The notes beneath the pieces were generated by a model. It was not told the origin of the DNA. It saw nothing but the letters and a program-made list of their open reading frames with translations, and searched no databases. DNA of 64,000 nt from Octopus sinensis (taxonomy: Eukaryota), in the NCBI RefSeq assembly GCF_006345805.1, contig NC_042998.1:42160001-42224000 (forward strand). The letters are read 5' to 3'. Position numbers and translations under genes: made by a program. This document shows positions 12,924-23,944 of this stretch, piece after piece. Numbering within the stretch: position 1 is the stretch's first letter; every line of letters begins with the position of its first letter.

Positions 12924-13304
12924 TACAGGGTAAATGTTTTTTAAATTTTCTCCTGTTTACGGAATTAATCTTTATTTGCGGTAGAAGCTTTGGCTGTTAT
13001 TTCTAGTGGGTGAATGGCCTATTATGGCCGTTCCTTAATTGTTAATGTTGAACTTAAAAATGGTCTATGACTATTTAATTTTTTTCCCGCTGGGCCGCTG
13101 GTGGCAATAAAATCTACAAAATTTTCCTTGCACCCTATATTGATTAATTATGAATTTTTTGGTTAATTCCGTAATGGAATCGACGGCTGATATTTATTTG
13201 CTGCCGATAAATTGGCGCGAGTGCGACGATTTGAAAAATTTAGGTCAGATATTGACTTGGCAAGATTGGTATGCCTCGTGTATATATCTGCTCCGACCTG
13301 AGCT

Positions 13305-13409
13305 ATTCTTGCTGAAGAATCCGAGGGCTTATGGAAGATTGGCTTGATTAATTTAATCAGGTTAGCTTACCATTAAACAGCGGATGAAACGGTATACCGT
13401 ACAAGAAAT
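13305..13409 (+). ncRNA. Type I hammerhead ribozyme, intact core
   Basis: CTGAAGA 13312-18, GAAA 13386-89, cleavage after 13401. Stem I has a 1-nt deletion. Confidence 0.85.
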
Positions 13410-13792
13410 TACAGGGTAAATGTTTTTTAAATTTTCTCCTGTTTACGGAATTAATCTTTATTTGCGGTAGAAGCTTTGGCTGTTATTTCTAGTGGGTGAA
13501 TGGCCTATTATGGCCGTCCTTAATGTTAATGTTGAACTTAAAAATGGTCTATGACTATTTAATTTTTTTCCCGCTGGGCCGCTGGTGGCAATAAAATTCT
13601 ACAAAATTTTCCTTGCCACCCTATATTGATTAATTATGAATTTTTTGGTTAATTCCGTAATGGAATCGACGGCTGATATTTATTTGCTGCCGATAAATTT
13701 GGCGCGAGTGCGACGATTTGAAAATTTTAGGTCAGATATTGACTTGGCAAGATTGGGTATGCCTCGTGTATATATCTGCTCCGACCTGAGCT

Positions 13793-13899
13793 ATTTCTTG
13801 CTGAAGAATCCGAGGGCTTATGGAAGATTGGCTTGATTTAATTTAATCAGGTTAGCTTACCATTAAACAGCGGATGAAACGGTATACCGTACAAGAAAT
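13793..13899 (+). ncRNA. Type I hammerhead ribozyme, intact core
   Basis: CTGAAGA 13801-07, GAAA 13876-79, cleavage after 13891. Confidence 0.88.
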
Positions 13900-14017
13900 T
13901 ACAGGGTAAATGTTTTTTAAATTTTCTCCTGTTTACGGAATTAATCTTTATTTGCGGTAGAAGCTTTGGCTGTTATTTCTAGTGGGTGAATGGCCTATTA
14001 TGGCCGTTCCTTAATTG

Positions 14018-14054
<37 letters not shown>

Positions 14055-14056
<2 letters not shown>

Positions 14057-14245
14057 CCTCTCTCTCTTTGGGAGAGGCACAAGCACCTACACGCACATAT
14101 GCACACACGGCAGTAACTTCCACCTACCGAATTCAATCACAAAGCTCCGGTCAGCTCGGGGCTATAGTGAAAGACACCTACCCAAAGTGCCACGCAGTGG
14201 GACTGAACCCGAAACCATGTAGCTAGGAAGCAAGCTCCCTAACCA
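14055..14245 (-). mobile_element. tRNA-head SINE abutting the HHR array
   Basis: Reverse complement of the head at 594-760. Confidence 0.75.
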
Positions 14246-14750
14246 AACAGATATATATATATATAAATAAAAAATTCAGTTTATTTGTATATGAAAATTA
14301 ATATTTTTTTTACATGGTTTTATTTTGCGCGGTAGTCTCTGGAATGTATCCCCCGTGCAAAAAGAGAATTGAGTGTATATATAATTAACAAGCTTCTTTC
14401 AGTTTCGTTTTATGAAATCCACTCACAAAGCTTTGGTCAACCTGGGGCTTTAGTGGATGAGGCTTATCCATGGAGTTGTGGTGTCATGCAGTAAGATTGA
14501 ACCTGAAATCGCATGGTTGGAAAGCAGACATATGTAATCAATGTGTTTCACCCTTTTCAGAATGTCAGGGTGTGATTTGAAGCTTCTACTGCTATGGCTG
14601 CCTGATGATTAGATGATGATGTTTGCACTTCTTAATTTTCAGTTTCACTACATCTTTGATGAGTACACAGATGATCAGTATGAAGGAGACAGATTTGAAA
14701 ACAAGATGATGAACTTCATTGTTTAGGCTCAGTGATTGAATTTGACAATA

Positions 14751-14954
14751 TTAACCCTTTCAGTACCAACTTGGCTGAAACTAGCTCTGTAGTACAAATT
14801 TCTTGTTTTCAAAAGTTCAGAAGTAAAATCTTCCACCAAACCTTAGTCACAATTTATGACAACCAAGTTATTTTACTAAATTCTTTGTGATATATAAAAT
14901 TAATTGAAAGAAACACAGAGCATCTCAAAATAAATACGGTAATAAAAGGGTTAA
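14751..14954. mobile_element. piggyBac-like MITE (TTAA-CCCT...AGGG-TTAA)
   Basis: TTAA TSDs with CCCTTT TIRs. Same family as 39721-39948 and 55982-56211, in opposite orientation. Confidence 0.8.
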
Positions 14955-15737
14955 GGAGCTGCCTTTGTTCAGCTTCAAACTGTCACACTACTATTGTTGG
15001 TGACCCTTCATAACACCTTCCAATCTGCATGCATTTCAAAGTCATTAGCAAGAATTTGTACATGCAACTGACGTTCCCAATGAGTCTTAGGATCATCACG
15101 TTGAAAAGAGCCCTCTTTTAGTGCACTATTTTGGCAGATGGGTGAGTTTCTTATGTAGTGAATATGTTTCATGGTTTTTGTTTTGTCACTGATGCACTGC
15201 ATACACTTGAGAATTGTTTTACTAAGAGATTGAGTTATTCAGAGTGATTCCAAAGATATATTTCAGACAGCAAACATGGAAGCTTCCAAAGTTCTTGTTT
15301 GCTTATAGTATAGTAATTATGTTTTTACATCCTTGTAACAAAGCTAAAATAACATGCTAATTATATAAAGGCTCGTTTGTAGCTTAGTCTACTAAAGAAT
15401 CTGAAACAAATGACTGAGAGAGGTAAAAAAATGAGAGAATGAAAAGTTGCTTTTCTAAAAGAAGGTTAAGAATTGAACTGAAATACACCTTGTGGGAGCC
15501 ACTATGCTGTAGATCAACCTGCTAGAAATAGCAGCCCAAATTTCCCTCCAATTACTTGCTGCTGTTGTATTTAAGGAAAGGGTACATTGGATACAGTAGT
15601 TCTACATACACCTTAAGGGATGGAATTGGCATGATTGGAATGTCTTAAATCAGAGGTTTACTTGATCAAAACTGAACAGAGATTAAACAACAAATGTTAT
15701 TTAATAAAGTCAAAACTCTGTTTCAGTAACGGCTTAC

Positions 15738-15905
15738 TTGGATAAAGATCACTTAAGCTGTCGTTATCACTTTCTTCTTCCTCATCTTCTTCATGTTTTG
15801 ATTTTTTCTTTCTTTTCTTCCCAATGTCTTTACAGTTTTCTGAACAATTAGCTTTCTGTTTCTTTGAAACTACATATTCCTTGCTCTCTTTCTGGAATTC
15901 TTCCC
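15738..15905 (-). CDS. SURF2: SURF2 exon 4, copy A (168 nt, phase 1-1)
   Basis: Intact CAG and GTAAGC sites. EEFQKESKEYVVSKKQKANCSENCKDIGKKRKKKSKHEEDEEEESDNDSLSDLYP. Whether it is used is unknown. Confidence 0.75.
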
Positions 15906-16078
15906 CTGTTAAAGATATAATAAAATCAAAACTTTTTAAAATTCATGTAAATTTAAATAAAATTACTAAGCAGTATTAGTTAATGGAACATATAGTATTA
16001 AGCCAACAGCACATTTGTGTAACGTAGCAGCTAAAATAAATGGATATTTAGTTTTTTCATTTGAAACATAAAACATTT

Positions 16079-16507
16079 TGGGCATGGATACATTGAAACT
16101 CCGACATCTGGCAGCTGACTTGGCAGACACCCATAAAATTATCAACCATCTTACAAACAATAACCTTTTCAAACTCCACCTGTGGACATGTTTACAAAGT
16201 CAGAAAACAGTACAGCTCCCATGACTTTTGGAAATATTTTTTCATGCTAAGAGTTGCTGAAGTATGGAACAAACTGCTAGCATCAGTTGTTAGTTGTCAG
16301 AGCACTGCATCCTCAAAACTTCCATGCTTCCTGAGATTCGCCAATACTACACCTGATTTTCTCCCCTCCATACACACGCAAGCATGTATCTGACTCATAC
16401 ACTGTTCACTTTCCAGACATTTGTACATTACTGCATATGCTTTATATGCAATTTTGACAAGTTGTGGTGCACCTGAGCACTGTATACAATAATTTCATTA
16501 TTATTAT
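16079..16507 (+). mobile_element. CR1-clade LINE 3' end inserted into SURF2 repeat unit A
   Basis: Colinear with 6765-7190 and ends in (ATT)n. Confidence 0.88.
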
Positions 16508-17048
16508 ATGTAAAAAAAATACTATGTCTCCTAAATATAGATAATTGAAACAAATGAAATGTTTTTTGTGTTATTTGATTCATATAAACAAGAAACATAT
16601 AAAAGTAATTTACAGAGAAAAGTTAAGTATTATGTTGGCTTGTTTTACACCTGTTATTTTCTGTGAAGACATGGACTCACCGAACATATATATTTGGGGA
16701 AAAATTTTCTAGTTAGATCCCTTTCTGTTGCCAAATAAGTGAATATATTATTCAACTGGTTTTTGAGAGTGCAAAGTTACAAGCCATATTGCATACATGG
16801 ACATCATCATTTTGCTCAGACACACCACGCAAAAATGCGGAATGTCAACGTTCAAGCACACACACACACAATATGTGTGTATGTGATGTACATGGATGCT
16901 AACAGACAATCAAAGAAGTGACAGGAGATTGAAGTAGAAAGAAATTGTAGAAAGGAGAGGATTTATGGACAAATGTCTTAAAAGTCAATCTCAGGATGTT
17001 ATTTAATAAAGTGAAAATTCTGTTTTAGTGAGAAACATCCTAACTTAC

Positions 17049-17216
17049 TTGGATAAAGGTCACTTAAACTGTCATTATCACTCTCATCTTCCTCATCTTC
17101 TTCATATTTTCGTTTTTTCTTCCTTTTCTTTCCAATATCTTCAAAATTTTCTGAACAATTAGGTTTCTGTTTCTTTGAAACTACATGTTTCTTGCCCTCT
17201 TTCGGGAATTCTTCCC
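17049..17216 (-). CDS. SURF2: SURF2 exon 4, copy B (168 nt, phase 1-1)
   Basis: Intact CAG and GTAAGT sites. EEFPKEGKKHVVSKKQKPNCSENFEDIGKKRKKKRKYEEDEEDESDNDSLSDLYP. Whether it is used is unknown. Confidence 0.75.
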
Positions 17217-18276
17217 CTGTTAAAGAATGAAATAAAATCAAAACATTTTAGTTAATGGAATATATACCAAAATCAAACTAACAGCACAGATGTGTAATGG
17301 CATAATGTAGCAAGCAAAATAAATGGACATTTAGTTTTCTTGTTTGAAACACATAAAACACATCTATTATATAAAGAAAATGAACAAAAAATCTAACTCT
17401 CCTAAAAAAACTAACTCTCACATATAATAGAAACACATGAAATGCTTTGTCTTTACACTATTTCAGTTACATAAATAAGAAATACCATAAAAGTAATTTA
17501 TGCTGAAGATTTGGTTATTTTGTTTATCTTGTTTTACATCTGCCTTCTTTCCACGAGTTCATGGAACTTGAAAATATATTTGAGGCAGTATTTTAAAGCT
17601 AGATGCTCTTCCTGTAGCAAACTCTTAACATTTTGTCAATTTAGGTCTTTGAAAGTGCAGAGAAACAGGAAGTAATGCTTGCATGGACATCACCATTTTG
17701 TTGAGATACATGATGCAAAAGTGATAGGAAATTGAAGTAGAAAGAAACTGTGGAAGGAAAGATGAGAGCTATGGGCAAAAGTAGTAAAAACTGATCTCAG
17801 GATGTTGACAAAAAAATGCAGCAGTTGTTAGAAAGGAGCCATCCAACCAATGCAAGCACTGGTTGGATGCAAGAGCACACATAAAATAGATGATGTGTAC
17901 ACTCAGTTTCCATCTACCACTTTCATTCACAAGGCACTGACTGGTTTAAGCCAATCATAGAAGACATTTGGTACCATGTGATGTAGAAGAACGATAAAAT
18001 GTAATTATGACGCTAACTCCAGACACTGTGATGGCAATTGAAATACACCTTCAGGGAGCCACTGTGTTGTGGATTGATCTGCTAAAAACAGCAGCCAAAA
18101 TTCCCCTCAAATTACATGCTACTATCTTATTTATGGAAAGAGTACATTAGATACAGAAGTCCTACATTCTCCTAAAAGCATGAAATTTGTTGGTATACCT
18201 TAGATCAGACGTCTACTTGATCAGGTTTGAACTAAAATTAATTTATTTCGTTTTAGTTAGTAACACCATAACTTAC

Positions 18277-18441
18277 TTGGATAAAGATCACTTAAGCTGT
18301 CATTATCACTTTCATCTTCACCATCTTCTTCATATTTTGATTTCTTCTTCCTTTTCTTTCCAATGTCTTCAAAATTTTCTGAAGAATTAGGTTGTTTCTT
18401 TGGAACTATATATTCCTTGCCTTCTTTCTTTAATTCTTCCC
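18277..18441 (-). CDS. SURF2: SURF2 exon 4, copy C (165 nt, phase 1-1)
   Basis: CAG|GG GAA GAA...CCA A|GTAAGT. EELKKEGKEYIVPKKQPNSSENFEDIGKKRKKKSKYEEDGEDESDNDSLSDLYP matches SURF2 SDDSMTDLYP. Confidence 0.85.
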
Positions 18442-19475
18442 CTGTAACATGTAATAAAATCAAAACACATATTTTAAAATTCTTTATGTAGACTTAAATA
18501 AAATTCTTAAACATTATTATATTTAAAGGAACATTATAGTACCAGTATTAAACTAGTAACATATTTGTAACAACCAAAATAAATAGACATTTAGTCTTTT
18601 TTAATTTGAAATATAAAACACTTCTATTATACAAAGAAAAAAAAAACCAACTTTCATTAATACAGATAATTGAAACAAATGAAATATTTCATATTTCCAC
18701 TTGTTTTTGCACTATTTGAGTTACATAAATAAGAAACATTATGAAAGTAATTTATCCTGAAGAGTTGGTATTTTGTTTCTCTCGTTTTACATCTGCTTTT
18801 TTTCTGATGTTAAATGTATATGTGTGTGTTTGTATGTGCTCTTGTCTTGACATCATGCGATAATTATAAAACAAGCATCATCGTTATACAGCAGGTTGCT
18901 TTCAGCCTTCTGTGAAAAATGTTTGGCCGAGAGGAAATACTAGCTAGCCTGGAAATAGGTGATGGTTGGCGACAGGAAGGGCATCCAGTTGTAGAAAAAT
19001 TTCCTCTCAATAAGTTCCGTCTAACCTATGCAAGCGTGGAAATGTGGATCTTGAAAACGGGGGTGATGAAACAATAAAACAGAAAAATAGGAAGCGTCTT
19101 TATTTCGTATCTAAGAGTGACCTCCCTTGTGGGACGTCAACGTATCGGAACCAAATTTTGCTTTAAAATTTTTGTGTGTGCACCTGTGAATATGTAAAGA
19201 TAAAATAGGTCCCGAGTTAAAACTTATAGCAAGCATTTATATTCTAGCAGATAAGTTCTAAACAGAACAGACTTCAAAGTAGTAGATTTCCGACAAAGGT
19301 GTCTACAAAGCCAATCCTGAATCGATTTGCACATGTTAATGCTATAAACTATTTGTAATTTACATAGCAAAAGGGAAAGAGAGTGAAAGAATCATTAGAG
19401 ACTCCAGTAGTAAAGAATTCATAATGCTAACAATTTATATGATACGTTTTCTGATTTCTGTAAAGGAAAACTTAC

Positions 19476-19579
19476 ATTTCTTAAAAGCTTTTTGGAATTT
19501 GCGCCCATTAATATGTTTTTGTAAGGAAGACTGTAAATTGTTGATATATTTATATGTCAATAAACACAGCAGTTGATTT
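19476..19579 (-). CDS. SURF2: SURF2 exon 3
   Basis: CAG acceptor, 104 nt, (K)NQLLCLLTYKYINNLQSSLQKHINGRKFQKAFKK(W), GTAAGT donor. Phase 2 in and phase 1 out fit its neighbours. Matches QLFCKLT..HIN..H..G.RYQ.AL. Confidence 0.92.
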
Positions 19580-19963
19580 CTGAAATACAAAAGGTATATG
19601 TCAATAGCATTTTTGTTTGTGTGTGTGTATGTGTATAAAATTCTTGACTCAAAGATGGAGACCAGAAATGCTAAAAAGACTAATATGGATTAAAGATAAT
19701 TACAGAGTTATTGTATTTATTTCTTTAGATTTAATATTTTAGCAAAGAAATTCCACTTTCACTAAACCTAAAGCCTTTCTGAAACTGAATATCATTTTAT
19801 TACGCCACAACAGAGTGGTTGATATTAGGGCATCCAGCTGTAAAAACTGTGCCAAAATAGACACAGGAATCTGGTGCAGGTTCCTGCCTAGCCAGTTCCT
19901 GTCAAACTGTCCAGCCCATGCCAACATGGAAAGCGGAGGTTAAATGATGATGATACATATATA

Positions 19964-20530
19964 CAGGGTTTGGACAAAATAATAGAAACACCTTAAAATT
20001 TCAAACAAATTTATCTTAATATGGATTTGCACTGCCTTTGGCAGTAATTACAGCTTGAATTCTACGAGGTATGGACTCATACAAAGTTTGAATTGTTTCC
20101 AAAGGAACTTTTGTTCATTCTTCAGCTAAAACAGTCTCCAGTTCTTGTAGTGATAATATTAGAGAATATTGACAACTTACTTGTTTTTCTAAAATGCACC
20201 ATAAATGTTCAATAATATTGAGATATGGGGACTGTGGTGGCCAGATAAGATGTTCAAGTTCACTAGAATGTTCCTTTTGCCATTCAATAACAACTTTAGC
20301 TGTGTGAATTGGTACGTTATCATCCTGAAAGATTGCATCTCCCTTTGGAAACAGTTCCACAACCATAGGATGAATTTGATCAGATAAAATGTTCAAATAG
20401 TCTTGACTATTAATTCTGCCATGAAGGGAAACCATTAGGCTGGCGGATTTCCAAGATATAGCCCCCCACCAGATCCTCCTGCATGTTTAACAGTTGGAAG
20501 AAGGCAGTCTGGGTCAAATGCTTCTTTTGG
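19964..20530 (-). mobile_element. Tc1 transposon fragment (DDE domain plus one TIR)
   Basis: ORF 20115-20435, FQDDNVPIH...WPPQSPYLNIIEHLW. TA-CAGGGTTTGGACAAAATAAT TIR at 19964. Confidence 0.88.
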
Positions 20531-20678
20531 CTGTCTCCAAGAACTTTGTATCATAGAGCCCAGGGCATTTTAAAGAGTTAAGCAATGTTATGCATGCAAA
20601 ATAGCCATAAAGAATAATCAGTGATTGTGAGGACAAGTATTTGTAGTGATTTGAAAAGAAGAAAATCAAACATCTTAC

Positions 20679-20836
20679 TTGGGAAATCTTTTTGTACTGT
20701 CAACGAGGTGTTGTCTGTATTTGTCATAATCATAATCATTAAGTGCCTTGAGTCTTTTGTGTTTTTTCCCATGAAGGTAACTGTTCACAACTTTTGCATC
20801 ACATGACATTTCATGGCCAGATAGACTACATTTGAT
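20679..20836 (-). CDS. SURF2: SURF2 exon 2
   Basis: TAG acceptor, 158 nt, IKCSLSGHEMSCDAKVVNSYLHGKKHKRLKALNDYDYDKYRQHLVDSTKRFP, GTAAGA donor. Matches the SURF2 motif VRCxLTGHE..Y..GKKY. Confidence 0.92.
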
Positions 20837-22206
20837 CTAGTGAGGAGAAAAAAAAATGATCTCAATATATGCAGACAAAATAAGCAAGTATATACAAAAC
20901 CTGATTAATTCTTATTTCCTTCGACATTGCCATAGATAGACGATACAAATGTCCAAAAGAAGAGTCTAACATGCCACCTAGTACAACACCACTTCCTGGA
21001 TTTTAGTGGAATTTGAATTGTTGCAAGCAGCTGGACATAGTCTCAGGCTGTGCTACTTCTTATCTGCATTTTCCTTATTTCAAGCATTGTTAGGGAGTAT
21101 TAATGAAAAAGGTATTCCAACACAAGTTGCTACCAAATTCAGGATCTGAAACACATGAACACACAGATAATGCTTTAGGAGGTTTGTCTAGCAACCAATA
21201 CATAACCATATCCCTTCATAATGAATACAGGATTTCATGAGTACCACTTAAGGCCACTGACCATGAACTGGCCTATTCCTGAGTATCGACATAATGGCCA
21301 GCAATACACTACGAGTTTCTCTCACTCATTATTTTTTTTCTGCCACCTTTTGGGCGCTTCTTCGGTTTTACCCTGACTTTGAAAATGAAAGCACACTTAA
21401 ATATAAAAAAAAAACAAGACAAAAACAAACAAACAAATACATAAATTCTTATTAATCTATGTACAATATCTCAATTGCTTCTTCCAATTTTAATTTACTG
21501 TTCTCAGTGATTGTATTCTTTCCGGCGGATATTTTGTTACGATAACTTCACTCTTATCATGGCCACGTGTACCACATATTCGATGTGAACAATCCGATTT
21601 TCTTCAAAAGTTCTATAGTATGATCATTGTCCTTAGCTTCCATATGAACCTCTCTGTAACTTATAATTTGAAATGACAATCTATAATTAGTCATGTCAAA
21701 AACGCTAATGAAAACAAAAATGACATGCGATAAAGGGAAGAAGCGCCAACAAAGCCTTCCAAACACTAGAAATAAAATAAAATCCACCGGATAACTTTAT
21801 TTACTTTTATGCCAATATTCATAGGTCCTCATCTTCTACATTTACCAACATGTGAACGACATATTTTAACCCTCCCCGTGACATTTTGATAGAATTACAT
21901 TTACTTCGCCACTAACCAACGTGTATTTGTTTATATAGTGGTATTATCCGTTTTGGGGTTTATATACACCAAGATATTTTCAAACTGTTTAACGGGAAAA
22001 TGACAATAAACACGCTTAGAATGTGAGGAATCACAATATCTAATAATCTTAGTTTAGGTAATAAATGAAAAAAGGATAACTGTATTAAAAGAAATACCAG
22101 AATCGTTAGTGCTATTTCGAGAGAAGTGAACTAAAAAATGTTGAGGTCCGTAATATAAACATTAACACTTCTTTGACTAGCTTGGAGTATTGGCTATGTA
22201 ACATAC

Positions 22207-22305
22207 CTTGTCATTTTCAGATAAATACTTGAGGTGGCTATTTTCCGACAGAATTTCTTGTATCTCTGCAGATAATGTTGGTGAATTATTCACGTCGATA
22301 GCCAT
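22207..22305 (-). CDS. SURF2: SURF2 (Surfeit locus protein 2) coding exon 1
   Basis: ATG at 22305, 99 nt, MAIDVNNSPTLSAEIQEILSENSHLKYLSENDK then GTATGT donor. Resembles the SURF2 N-terminus (human [20 protein letters not shown]). Confidence 0.88.
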
Positions 22306-22328
22306 CACGCGTGGTGTATAACACGGAG

Positions 22329-22372
22329 CCGGAAGTATAGATAAAACTTCCGTTTTAAATCTCCATGACAAC
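22329..22372. promoter_or_regulatory. Bidirectional SURF2/AXDND1 core promoter: inverted ETS pair plus RFX X-box-like motif
   Basis: CCGGAAGT 22329-22336 and ACTTCCG 22346-22352 (inverted). ATCTCCATGACAAC 22359-22372 reads GTTGTCATGGAGAT on the minus strand. Lies between the SURF2 ATG (22305) and a plus-strand donor AAG|GTGAGT (22392/22393). Confidence 0.6.
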
Positions 22373-22392
22373 ACGTAATCAATAATATCAAG
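22373..22392 (+). other. AXDND1: Probable 3' end of AXDND1 non-coding exon 1 (start not determinable)
   Basis: Strong donor AAG|GTGAGT at 22392/22393. Next acceptor TCTAG| at 23847/23848 precedes the ATG. Confidence 0.5.
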
Positions 22393-22724
22393 GTGAGTTA
22401 TTTATTCTTAATCAAAATATTTTAAAGGTATCCCTTTTCACCTCAAGAAATTTCTACGACACGACCTATTTGTTTTATTTCATTTTCTTTTAATCTTATA
22501 TTGACTCTCAGTCTTTGGACTGAAGCTCAGCTGAAGTACATTTTTCAGGGATTCAGACGATCCTATTGATTGAACCGGTACTTAGTTTATGGATATCGTT
22601 TTGTCAAACGGCTAAGTTACGAGGCATCAAGAGACCGAAGGCTTACTACAGTCTAAAAACCAATGCAAAATGGATCACAGGCACATACCTATACATATAC
22701 ATCATGTTATCATTAGTTAGTCCG

Positions 22725-23230
22725 TCATTGTTGATGATGACATAGGAGAAGAAAACGGGTCACAGTATGTCCAGCTACGATCGATCAGTCCGATGCGTGG
22801 TTGGAAGGCCCTGTCGCAGATCGGGCACTTGTGGTCTGATGAGAGTGAAGGCAAGCTCTGGACTTTCGCGGTTTGCGTTTTCCTTGTGCCCCTGCAATCG
22901 TGTTTTGTTCATAGTAGGTGACACCTCATTTGGTTCAGCTTCACCAGGCAGGGCAGTCTTGCGCTTGTGTTTCCCAGGCGTCAGGGGTTGATCTCAAAGC
23001 ATTTCAGCGAGGCTTTGAGTGTATCCGTGAAGCACTTTTAGTGTCCATTTGTTTGTACTTGCCCTCTGTCAGTTCACTCTAAAATACTCTCATGGGTGTC
23101 GCGTATCAGGCATTGAAATAAGGTGACCTGCGCACCTGACATATGCTCTCCTCAGTAGTGTGTAGGTGGTTGGTAAATCAGCTCAAGAGAGGACCTCTAT
23201 GTCTGGGACCTTGTCTTACCAGGTGATTTT
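22725..23230 (-). mobile_element. RTE-clade LINE 3' fragment
   Basis: Minus translation includes DTLKASLKCFEINP and the C-terminal HKCPICDRAFQPRIGL zinc finger. Disrupted. Confidence 0.8.
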
Positions 23231-23276
23231 CAATAACTCTCTCAGGCAAGCTTTCATATCTACATGCATGCATTCA

Positions 23277-23307
<31 letters not shown>

Positions 23308-23518
23308 TACTTTTTTTACATATGCATGCATGTATGCATATGTAACAATTCCTATGCAGTAAATGAATGAAAGGAAGAAAATATTATCATTTGTGATGAC
23401 CCTGTACTTGTTTGTTACAGTGTAAGATACAACTTCTTTGAGTTGTAATACATTGATTATTTGCAGTACTGATATCCATTCTGTGGGTAGTTAAATTCAT
23501 CTTTAAATGACTGCTAGA

Positions 23519-23570
<52 letters not shown>

Positions 23571-23886
23571 TGTGTCTTTGTGTCTGTGTTTGTCTGCCAC
23601 CACTGCTTGACTCCCAGTGTTGTTTTCTTTTATGTATCCATAACTTAGTGGTCTGGCAAAAGTGACCGATAGAATAAGTACCAAGCTTACCAAAAAAAAA
23701 AGTATTGGGGTTGAGTCACTCAACTAAAAGTTCTTGAAGGCAGTGCTCAAGCATAACTGCAGTCTAATGACTGAAACTGATGTAAGTTTAACGATAATAA
23801 TAAATGCCGTTGTTAATGTATCTAACTATCATTTATTATCTATCTAGATTATTTATTGGTGCAAACCATTCATTAAACTACCAAAA

Positions 23887-23944
23887 ATGCCTACAGAAAC
23901 AGAGACCATCAAAGAGAAATCCAGTACAGACAACTCAAATAAAG
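23887..23944 (+). CDS. AXDND1: AXDND1 first coding exon
   Basis: AAAATG start, MPTETETIKEKSSTDNSNK(E), AAG|GTATAT donor, phase 1 matches the next exon. Acceptor at 23847. Confidence 0.65.

Larger units (their letters stand above)
12075..14021. repeat. ~490-bp tandem array (about 3.2 direct units) preceded by an inverted partial copy; HHR-bearing (retrozyme/Penelope pLTR-like)
   Basis: Marker TTTTCTCCTGTTTACGG at 12455, 12946, 13432 and 13922. 12075-12447 is the reverse complement of a circularly permuted part of the unit. Flanked by (TA)n. Confidence 0.95.

Noticed and set aside
12651-13836. Three repeated 65-69 aa ORFs (MNFLVNSVMESTADIYLLP...)
   Set aside because: They are by-products of the tandem unit, are frameshifted in copy 2, resemble no protein family I recognise and overlap the ribozyme.
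21557-21787. ORF fragment vaguely like a Merlin/IS1595 transposase N-terminus
   Set aside because: Too short, with no TIR or DDE motif I can verify.
22306-22374. In-frame upstream extension of SURF2 in the ORF track
   Set aside because: It starts at GTG and runs through the promoter motifs. Homology begins after ATG 22305.
22840-22870. CTGATGA-GAG...CTC hammerhead-like string
   Set aside because: No GAAA or stem III; it is the antisense of RTE coding sequence.
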